A stretch of 42,200 nucleotides of DNA from Trypethelium eluteriae (lineage: Eukaryota). This document shows positions 33,750-42,200 of the stretch, one piece after another; the first letter of the stretch is position 1; the number at the start of each line of letters is the position of its first letter. Both the position numbers and the translations under genes were made by a program. The stretch spans positions 1 to 42,200 of the forward strand of contig JAVECL010000153.1 in NCBI GenBank assembly GCA_051942245.1, given 5' to 3'. The notes under the pieces were generated by a model, which worked only from the letters and a program-made list of their open reading frames with translations, did no database searches and was not told where the DNA came from.

Positions 33750-35275
33750 TGTGTATTACTGTCGTAGGTCCCGATTCAGACGTTCCTGACCTTTTTGAGC
33801 ACGAACTCGACTGCGTTGAAGTGTGCGAAAACCGTTCTATTTGTATTGCGAAAATGGCAATATCATGCTCATTGCCAACACTGCGGAGCTGGTCTCGCGA
33901 TCCTAAGGAGAACGGTACAATCTATCGCGTCCAATGCAATTGGCGAGATCCCTATCGGCGCACGGTATATTAAGGTGCATGGCTTCGTCTTCTCCGCATG
34001 TACCGATCACATCATTCATGAGGTCGATCTCGCCAGCTGTTTCCGCTCCGCTACGCGCGCAGGACAGGAATCACTGCCCCAAGGTTGACTCGTAGAGCAG
34101 TATAACTGAGTTCGTCTTCAGTCTTCCCGCTGTGCTTCGAGAAACACACCCTATCGTTTCTGCCATCTACTGGACTGTTGTATCAAGGTACAGTAGCGAC
34201 TTGATCATGTATGGCCGCTCCGGGCACTGGCATGATGATCTTCAAACTGCCTGCAGAACCCAGCAAAACAGTTTTTGCATTGAAGTTGCCTTTACTGCGG
34301 GTGTTCCGTAAGCATATCGGTTTGCAGACATTACGCGAAGGTGTTGTGAAGTGAAAATGAGGGTGGGGAAAGGTGGAGGCTGAGAGCCCCCCTGTCCCTG
34401 ATGACGTGATTGGCTTCGAAATCAAATTGATCTCCGGCAAGCCGCTGATCCAATCCGCTCTCACAACTCCCCTTTGGCCTTGCCCAGACGTAGAGGTCAA
34501 TTTACAAGCAGCTTACGTCTGAGACCTGCATATGTACATAGCAGTTAGCTTCCGATGTTGCTGTGCTCATCTCGAAAGCTTTTCGACACGACGATTTGCG
34601 AAGTACCAAGGCGTCGACTATACTGGAACTGACATTCAAGACAATCTAGAAGCCATAGCCTTCCTGACGGACTCATCTTCGAAAGGAGTAGCTATGGAAA
34701 CGAACGAGAAGGGGTAAATATTGGGCTTATCCCATGGCTCTGAACCGCGACCGCAACTCGCTTGCTTGCATTGACAAGCACTTACTCGCTCCAACAAGCA
34801 ATTATGTGGCAATATTGCGCAGTTGTTGGTGCGGACTTTCTCTTTCTGGTTGTCGATCAGCATGGGATTTGCCCCGAAATCTGCAATCGAAGACAGCATT
34901 TATCTAGGAACAGTGTTAGACTCCAGTCAAAATTCCGAGCAGAAAACACACCTTTGAAAATTAATTTGGTGCAGGCATTACTGCTTTGATATGTATTTAA
35001 AGCGGTGCAAGCAGCCAGTGGTACTTCTGTATCGGGAGTTCCAGTGGCTTGAGGGCTTGGATCTAACATTACAGCTTTCAAGTCACCTGCAGCCTGTTTG
35101 CCATTCGCGAGCTTCCGACATGCTTTCTGCGTATCCTGATGGCTGTAGTTCAGATCAGGCTGAACCTAAGCCACCCTACATGATCTCTCGAGCGACTCTC
35201 CAGTTCTTTCTTTCGGCCCATTTCATATCTCACATTTCGTAATCCCATATCTCATTCACCTCCCACAAAAAGCTA

Positions 35276-38107
35276 ATGGATCATCTTTTCATGCCGGATG
35301 GCGCTTGCTCGCGGGTGGAAGACGACGTCTGCTACCAAGGCTCAAAGGATTATCTAAAGCATACTTTTCATGGCTTTGCGGAGTCCAAAGGATACTCCTT
35401 TTTGTTCAATAGTCCATTGGCATCAACTGATGGGATCGAGAACTATGAATCACTGACGGCGCCGGACAGTCTTAATGCGTTTTTGCAAGAATGGCTATTT
35501 TTCGGCTTTCTCAAAGAAGTTTTCGACAATGTTCCTCGCGAATTACTTGAAGGAAGTATGTTTGAGCATGATGCTTTCATCCGCAGCAACCCCTCATGGC
35601 CGTCAATGATAATTCAGAACTCCCCAGCGGCCAGGGAAGAAATCGATGACAAATTCCAGAGAGTGGAAGCCAGAAGATGTGTGCTGTACACCAAGGAACT
35701 GGTGGGCTTAGCAAAAAAGTGGGTAAAGGGCATCAAATCGAAATTGCACGAAGCCGCGTCAGAGTACGAGCAGCTGGCAGCGTCACAGTACGAGCACCTG
35801 GCGAAATGTATCAGTACAATCTCGAGGACTTTACAATATCTCTCGATGAGGACGCCATCGATACAGTATGACTCCAAAACGACAGCTGTCATAGCCGCGA
35901 CGACTGAATTTGTGGTTACGATGATAACGAAGACTTTCGAAAACACTAGAATAAAAGGACTCACTCCGATCATCCAAAGTTTATGGAATTCTTTCGGCTG
36001 GAGAGATATCTACGTCGAGAGAATGGTAAACTTGGGTTGGTGTCGGCATGCGGCTGCTCGGATTAATTTCACTTTCCCTGCTTTACAAGTCATTCATTTT
36101 TGCACTAACCTGAGGCGTTATGAGGCTCTCGACCATAGTCGGTGCACGAAAGAACTTTGCCAAGCGAGCGCAAACCCAATTATACCAAGACATAGATCGA
36201 CGTGCAAGCATCCGCGCGTCGACTATGATGGCTTCCCCATAGAAGGTGATTTGAGGCAGAAAATGCTTCGTATTATCCGAGTTAACGGCCTGCCCCTCCT
36301 AAAGATACGAAATCGCGGAGACAAGATCGAGATAAAGTTGGTGCATGGAAAGGAAGATGATAAATACATTGCACTCTCGCATGTATGGTCCGACGGAATG
36401 GGGAATCATTCCAAAAATTCGCTTCCTTGGTGTCAATTAGAGAGTCTTCACTCAAGGCTCGCCAAAATACCTCGGCAGCGGCCTGGGGCGGAAGGAAATG
36501 AGCTCCTGGTCTGGATCGACACGCTCTGCTGCCCCGTAGAAGCTGCCTCACAAGAAGATGAAGGGGCTAGAGTGATGGGTCAAATGCGCCAGATCTATGA
36601 GAAAGCAGATTTTGTCTTTGTGCTTGATTCCGAGCTCGAATCAATAAACCGACCTCTTAGCAAGCTAGAAACTGCATTTCGAATACTGACTTCGAACTGG
36701 ATGCGACGGCTTTGGACATTGCAGGAAGGGTACCTGGCAAGGGAGTTATGGGTTCAATTTAAGAATGAGGCTTTCGAGCTCGACCAGGACGACATCAAGA
36801 GGATGAACCTCGATGATGTCAGTATTGAAAGTTTCTGGATTGCAAGGACGGTAAAAGCCCTCTACGCGTCACTTCGGAGAAGGCTTATGCAGGAAAACAT
36901 TGACAGCCAGGTTGAATCGACGTTGCTAGCGATGGCTCTCCAAGGTCGTTCCGTCACAAAGCCATCAGACGAGCCGCTTTGCATTGCCACGCTGTTAAAT
37001 TTGGACGCTGGCCAGATTGCGGCATTTAGTACAGAAGGTGACGACTGCGTCAATAAACGTATGAGTATGCTCTGGACTCTCATGCAGCGCTCAACCATTG
37101 GCATTCCGAAATCGGTCTTGTTCTACACTGGGCAAAAGTTACGCCTTGACGGCTTCCACTGGGCGCCGGCTAGTCTCTTGGATAAAGCTGCACTGCCCTT
37201 GGTACGAACGCTGTTCACAAGCTCTTCTGCTTCTTCAACTACTATCAGTCCTAGTGGATTATGCGTCCAATCTGAAGGAATTCTATTGCCTCCGAAATGC
37301 AGCCCACTGAGATGTCTAAAGAAGCATCGAAAACTTGGCAGTACAAGCATTCTCAACGATTCTGTCATCTATTTGAGAGACAATGCTGATCGATGGTTCA
37401 TCTTTTACCGTCATCAAAGTTCAGGCCAAAGCTTAGGGCCAGGCCAAAAGCAACCTTACACCAGCGACCGCACAGAAGCAACAGGCTATAAGAGAGCTGC
37501 CGGTAGAAAAGTAGTCAGATACGGAGTCATGTTCCGCGATAATCTAGTTGATCGTCTTCCTGCGAGTCCACCTTCTGGCGAATGCCTTCTTGTCGCTGTT
37601 CACGGATCCGAAGGTCAAGCGCAACTTGTCACGGCGCTTGAGACTATCATGACCAACCGAGCGATGCCAGAACAAGCTGCGATTTGGGAGATCGCATATC
37701 AAACGACGGTAGCTATCAGAATGAGCGAGGACTTCAAAACGGTCGAAAGGAGGGATGCTCTTCGGAACGCAACCGCCGACTTGAATCCATCGCAGTTCCA
37801 CATGAATGAGATTCCAAATGCAAAAATCCAAAGTAATCCATCAGTATCAGTGCGACCAGTATTTGATGTCCAGGACCACCACCCACCTGTCAGCGAAGAG
37901 GAAGCTAGCGATGCTGAGCTCATTGAAGGGTACGTATCGACTTTAGTTCGACAGCAGATAGTCCATGATCCCTCAATTGTGGACACGTTGAAAAGAATTG
38001 GGTTGAATATGGAGTTCTTGGAAGATATGGTCGTGTGGATGTTGGCTGGAACTTTCGGAATGGACGTTGAGTTTCAGTCGTCAGATCACGTTTGGTGTGT
38101 TGACTGA
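35276..38107 (+). CDS. Large intronless HET-domain protein, 943 aa
   Basis: Uninterrupted ORF. FLQEWLFFGFL N-terminal motif, YIALSHVWSDGMGN, WIDTLCCP, MRQIYEKADFVFVLDSEL, WMRRLWTLQEGYLA, RSVTKPSDEPLCIATLL, WAPASLL. Confidence 0.92.
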   Translation: MDHLFMPDGACSRVEDDVCYQGSKDYLKHTFHGFAESKGYSFLFNSPLASTDGIENYESLTAPDSLNAFLQEWLFFGFLKEVFDNVPRELLEGSMFEHDAFIRSNPSWPSMIIQNSPAAREEIDDKFQRVEARRCVLYTKELVGLAKKWVKGIKSKLHEAASEYEQLAASQYEHLAKCISTISRTLQYLSMRTPSIQYDSKTTAVIAATTEFVVTMITKTFENTRIKGLTPIIQSLWNSFGWRDIYVERMVNLGWCRHAAARINFTFPALQVIHFCTNLRRYEALDHSRCTKELCQASANPIIPRHRSTCKHPRVDYDGFPIEGDLRQKMLRIIRVNGLPLLKIRNRGDKIEIKLVHGKEDDKYIALSHVWSDGMGNHSKNSLPWCQLESLHSRLAKIPRQRPGAEGNELLVWIDTLCCPVEAASQEDEGARVMGQMRQIYEKADFVFVLDSELESINRPLSKLETAFRILTSNWMRRLWTLQEGYLARELWVQFKNEAFELDQDDIKRMNLDDVSIESFWIARTVKALYASLRRRLMQENIDSQVESTLLAMALQGRSVTKPSDEPLCIATLLNLDAGQIAAFSTEGDDCVNKRMSMLWTLMQRSTIGIPKSVLFYTGQKLRLDGFHWAPASLLDKAALPLVRTLFTSSSASSTTISPSGLCVQSEGILLPPKCSPLRCLKKHRKLGSTSILNDSVIYLRDNADRWFIFYRHQSSGQSLGPGQKQPYTSDRTEATGYKRAAGRKVVRYGVMFRDNLVDRLPASPPSGECLLVAVHGSEGQAQLVTALETIMTNRAMPEQAAIWEIAYQTTVAIRMSEDFKTVERRDALRNATADLNPSQFHMNEIPNAKIQSNPSVSVRPVFDVQDHHPPVSEEEASDAELIEGYVSTLVRQQIVHDPSIVDTLKRIGLNMEFLEDMVVWMLAGTFGMDVEFQSSDHVWCVD

Positions 38108-39788
38108 ACTCTACAAACCGTAGTAGAGCCGATTTGCTTCTTTGTCCGGATTCGATATCGATTGTGTAGAGCACTAGATGCGCTTGGAGTAGGGGAATGA
38201 TGCAGAATTTGGAAATATTAGATACAGAATCGTAGCTGAAATGGTTGTATTGACCACGGCCTCGCGTGTTTGTTGTGTTTGCGATCCGAGCTCATACAGG
38301 AATTATGCATCCTCGCCAGATCTTACTAGGCACGGTAGGATCGGACAATTCAGACATGACACGCGCAGCCGCACCCAGGACGCCGAACCTGAAGACTTGT
38401 GTACCTCACGGTGCTGCTAACTAATTGATTAGTCAAGCCACCTGAAGATAGCCTCATGAATGATACGGAGTACAGGAGGGGTGTTCATGGTGAAGAGAGT
38501 TTGAAACAAAATCCGTAGCGGAGCGGAGCGAGCCTGCAGTAGATCAAGCGTCCGGCGAGGAGCTCCGACTCTTGGATTTGTTTCTGTCGTTTCACGATGG
38601 ACCCGTTTGGACTTAAGCAAACAAAGGAATTCGAAGCTATTAGATACCCACGCATCTATTGAGATAATTGAGAAACCTTCATTTCCACGACCTTAGTCGC
38701 TTTGAGAGCGGAATATCGACATAATAACTCAGTACGCACGAGAGCCTGGCGTGTGAAGGCAAAGAACATTTTGGAAGTATCGAAAATGAGTCGATCACAT
38801 TTTGTTAAATGGCAGTCAACCCAGGAGGGAGGCATCTTTTATCTCATGGCAGGGTTACTCAGTCAAGCCAGATCTCGTATTTCGTATCTGGGCATTGTGG
38901 AGCTGAGATGCAAGATGGGACGGTGGGACGAAGATGTTCCTTGGTGGGGCTACCTTAGAGCTTAGAGGCACGGAGCAGTGCTAATTACGTTGTCGCTGCT
39001 GGCCTAATTAGTGAGACGACAACGGGTGGCGTTTTAGTGAACTCGGCGCGCTGCAGGGGAACTGCTTGGCATCCGGCTTTGAAACGTCGGCACGAGCCAA
39101 TTATAGGGACTGATAACGAAACTTGAGATGGAGTTGATCTGGAACTCTTGGAGATGTAGTGGCCATATTGGACATGTTAGAAGTGGGACAGTGAAGCATG
39201 CAATAGTAGAGATTTCCATCGTATCCGAGCCGAGATGGATCAGAGATGAAAGAGCGAAGGATCGACAAGATGGAAAAGTCGAAAGGTAAGGTATCGGTGG
39301 TATCGCCGTATCTTTAGGTGCCAGGGGCACGGTGGCCAACCGGCCCTCCGACGCTCCTAAACCCGCCGACGCGTCTTGCTACCCAGCTACCCTACCCCAA
39401 AATTTTTGGGATCATTGGCCAACAAGATTGGAGAAACTTTGCAAACCCTCTCTCGCCGATCAGTCGCCTTGTCCCCCACCGTCATGCCTGTGGGTCTTTC
39501 GTTTCCAGCTGCAGGTTGGCTTATTTCTACCGTGCACATATGCCTGCTACTTCCGTATTGAGAGCACCCCCTACCTGTTCTCCTCCCTCTCACGTTCGTT
39601 CATCACCTTGTACTGCCCCTGCCTCAAGAGTTTCACTTTGCCTTCTCCCAGGAGCCCCCCCCAAATACTTTCGTTTCACCCCTCTATTCGCCAGGCTTCT
39701 GCGTCGCCGGCTTTTCCTATCTTTATTCCCCCTTTCCTCATCGTCGGTCGCGGGGCCATTCCACTGAGGAACACCATCCTCCCCTGAC

Positions 39789-42200
39789 ATGGTCTCTCCT
39801 GTCGACGAGAAAGCGGACCCTGTATACAAAACTAATTTCGATCACGACCGGTCTTCTGAAGAGGAGGGAACTATGGTAGACAACAATTCCGACCACAATG
39901 GGGGGAGCCCGGATAATAATCATTTGAGGGTCAACACAGATGGGCAAGGGGAAGATGGCCCCCTTCGGACGAGACAGTCACCATCTCAATCTCGTGAGGA
40001 GGCACATCGTCTTGATGACGAGCTGGCAATGCTACAGGTTGAGCGTCAGATCTCCCAACCAGTGGACAGCGAGCAAATCGGCCGCATAGCCTCTGGCACA
40101 AGAGAACGCTCCATGAGGCGATCTCGGTCAAGGCGTGATGATACCGTCGACGATTTTGACATTGCCACGAACCCTCTCCACGAAAAGGCTGCCATCTATA
40201 AGCCTCCGGAACACCCCACTACCAATATCGCCAAGATTTTCAAGAAAATCCATCAGTCGAGCTTCATCGTCCGCTGGTTCTTCTACATAACGCCTGTCGT
40301 ACTGATAATCCTGATACCATTACTGCTGGGTACATTCCTGTTCAAGAACGCGAGCGTTGGCGGCGTTAAGTTGATGTGGTTCTCTATTTGGCTGGAAATT
40401 GTATGGTTAACTCTTTGGGCTGGAAGAGTAAGTCAAATCCCCAGTAAACGTCCACACCGGCCCATCCACTCAACCTCCTCTCTCTCTCAGCTCCTCGCGA
40501 AGACTCTTCCTTGGCCAATTGGCATGACCGCTAGTCTATTCACCAACAACGCAAAGAAATGGAGGGACATGGCCAAACAACTCGAGATGCCAGCCGCCAT
40601 CTTCTTTTGGTGGCTGGGCATTGAAGTCTCCTTCCTGCCTACCATGAAGAGTCACCATCTGGATGGTAACAAAGCAACCCAGGACTGGGAGCGCACGATG
40701 AATAAGGTTCTGATTGCCTTCTTTGTGGGAGCTATTCTGAACTTCGTCGAGAAAATCATAATACAGCTCATCGCTATTAGCTTCCATCTACGAACATATC
40801 AAGACCGTATCGATATCAACAAATTCCAGATTGGAAGCTTGGCCAAACTTTACAAATTTTCTAAGGAGAAGATCGCGATGGAAGATTCCGACTTCGAGCC
40901 TCCGTCTCAGCCAGGCTCTGGTACGAGGACGCCTGGTCACCTCATGGAATCCGCACAGCTGCATACTAAGCATGCATTTAGCAAATTCGGCGACGTAGCT
41001 GGACGTATTGCTGGCGATTTCACCGGCCGTCAAGTCACCTCCAGTCATCATCCGCACCAGGTTGTGCTGGCTCTCCTTAATAATACTAGTGGAAGCCAGG
41101 TTCTTGCGCGTCGCCTCTACCGTACGTTTGCCCGGGAGGAAACCGAAACAGTTTTCTCCGAAGACTTGCGAAATGCCTTTGAGAATGATGAAGAAGCCGA
41201 TGCAGCTTTTACCATGTTCGATAAGGATATGAATGGTGACATTTCTATGGAAGAGCTCGAGGCAGTTTGCGTGGAAATTGGTCGTGAACGCAAGTCGATT
41301 ACTGCCTCACTGAAAGATCTTGATTCCGTTGTTGGAAAACTCGATGATGTCTTCATGTTCCTTGTTGCCGTCATCACCATCTTGGTCTTCATCTCCCTCA
41401 TCTCTACCTCGGCCGCTGGCGTTCTTACTTCTGCTGGATCTGCTGTGCTTGCTCTCTCCTGGCTCTTCTCCGCCACCGCTCAAGAATTCTTACAATCGGT
41501 CATCTTCGTCTTTGTCAAACACCCCTTTGATGTTGGTGATCGTGTGACTATCTTTGGTAATGCTGGTAAGGAAATGAAGGGAGATGACTTCTTTGTAAAA
41601 GAAATCTCCCTCTTGTACACTGAATTCAAAAAGATGGAGGGTCATATTGTGCAAGCACCCAACAGCTATCTTAACACGATATTCATCCTGAACCAGCGTC
41701 GTTCTGGAGGCTTGGCCGAGGCCGTCACCATCACAATCAAATTCGGCACAACCTTGGAACAAATCGAACAGCTTCGCCTCCGTCTGCTCGAATTCGTCAA
41801 GTCCGAGAAACGCGAATTCCAAGGCAATATCCTCACCGAACTGCGAGACATCGAGGAAGTCCATTCTCTCGATCTTAACGTCATCTTCTTCTATAAGTCT
41901 AACTGGCAAAACGAAGGTCTCCGTCTCGCCCGGCGCAACAAATTCATCTGCGCCCTCATGGTCACCATGCAAGACCTCCACATCGAAGGCCCACGCATGC
42001 GGTACCCCGGCCAAAAAGAATCCTTCCCCGTCTACCTCCAAAACGTCCCTCACATCTCTTCCGGCCACTCCAGCCACGGTGGCCACCCAGACAACCCCGG
42101 CGGCACTCCCATCGAAGAATTCCCCCACGAACCCCTTGCGACCCTCTACGAAAAACCCACCTCCCCCTCCTCCTTAACGCCCGGGGGCCGCCCCCACAGC
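39789..42200 (+). CDS. MscS-family mechanosensitive ion channel with EF-hand (Msy1/Msy2-like), 3' truncated by the window
   Basis: Exon 1 39789-40427, intron 40428-40490 (GTAAGT...CAG), exon 2 from 40491 open to the window end. [15 protein letters not shown]-hand [50 protein letters not shown]. Absent from the ORF track because no stop is reached. Confidence 0.92.
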   Translation, partial: MVSPVDEKADPVYKTNFDHDRSSEEEGTMVDNNSDHNGGSPDNNHLRVNTDGQGEDGPLRTRQSPSQSREEAHRLDDELAMLQVERQISQPVDSEQIGRIASGTRERSMRRSRSRRDDTVDDFDIATNPLHEKAAIYKPPEHPTTNIAKIFKKIHQSSFIVRWFFYITPVVLIILIPLLLGTFLFKNASVGGVKLMWFSIWLEIVWLTLWAGRVSQIPSKRPHRPIHSTSSLSQLLAKTLPWPIGMTASLFTNNAKKWRDMAKQLEMPAAIFFWWLGIEVSFLPTMKSHHLDGNKATQDWERTMNKVLIAFFVGAILNFVEKIIIQLIAISFHLRTYQDRIDINKFQIGSLAKLYKFSKEKIAMEDSDFEPPSQPGSGTRTPGHLMESAQLHTKHAFSKFGDVAGRIAGDFTGRQVTSSHHPHQVVLALLNNTSGSQVLARRLYRTFAREETETVFSEDLRNAFENDEEADAAFTMFDKDMNGDISMEELEAVCVEIGRERKSITASLKDLDSVVGKLDDVFMFLVAVITILVFISLISTSAAGVLTSAGSAVLALSWLFSATAQEFLQSVIFVFVKHPFDVGDRVTIFGNAGKEMKGDDFFVKEISLLYTEFKKMEGHIVQAPNSYLNTIFILNQRRSGGLAEAVTITIKFGTTLEQIEQLRLRLLEFVKSEKREFQGNILTELRDIEEVHSLDLNVIFFYKSNWQNEGLRLARRNKFICALMVTMQDLHIEGPRMRYPGQKESFPVYLQNVPHISSGHSSHGGHPDNPGGTPIEEFPHEPLATLYEKPTSPSSLTPGGRPHS

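Noticed and set aside
34532..35242. Short ORFs between the TauD and HET genes
   Set aside because: No motifs and no consistent splice model.
17300..39700. Starship or transposon boundaries around the accessory block
   Set aside because: No tyrosine-recombinase captain, transposase, terminal repeats or target-site duplication could be identified by eye.
40536..42128. Minus-strand ORFs of 83-212 aa
   Set aside because: Antisense shadows of the plus-strand MscS channel, which has clear family motifs.

Overview
Filamentous-ascomycete (Pezizomycotina) genomic DNA with short GT-AG introns. I reconstructed 14 spliced protein-coding loci by hand. For the 13 complete loci, exon lengths sum to whole codons. 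The left flank (1-17.2 kb) looks like core genome: an MFS phosphate-type transporter, TPA1 prolyl hydroxylase, a DevR/Esc1-type bHLH factor carrying an unusual 9-unit RNSGTDY peptide array, alpha-tubulin of the tubB/'MRGE' type, and an SMP/LEA-repeat protein. The right end (from 39.8 kb) is an MscS-family EF-hand channel that runs off the window. Between them (about 18.1-38.1 kb) is an accessory-looking block. It holds a PD-(D/E)XK-like nuclease head-to-head with a divergent tail-less casein kinase 1, a HeLo-like/ankyrin gene interrupted by an in-frame TAG-TGA, an arsenite methyltransferase (arsM) directly downstream of a Cys-rich bZIP gene with repeated TGACAT sites and a double E-box between them, two HET-domain genes and a TauD sulfonate dioxygenase. 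The best candidates for undescribed systems are the bZIP-arsM module and the nuclease/kinase pair. No rRNA, tRNA, CRISPR or intact transposase/Starship captain was recognised. All family assignments come from motif recognition, not database searches.
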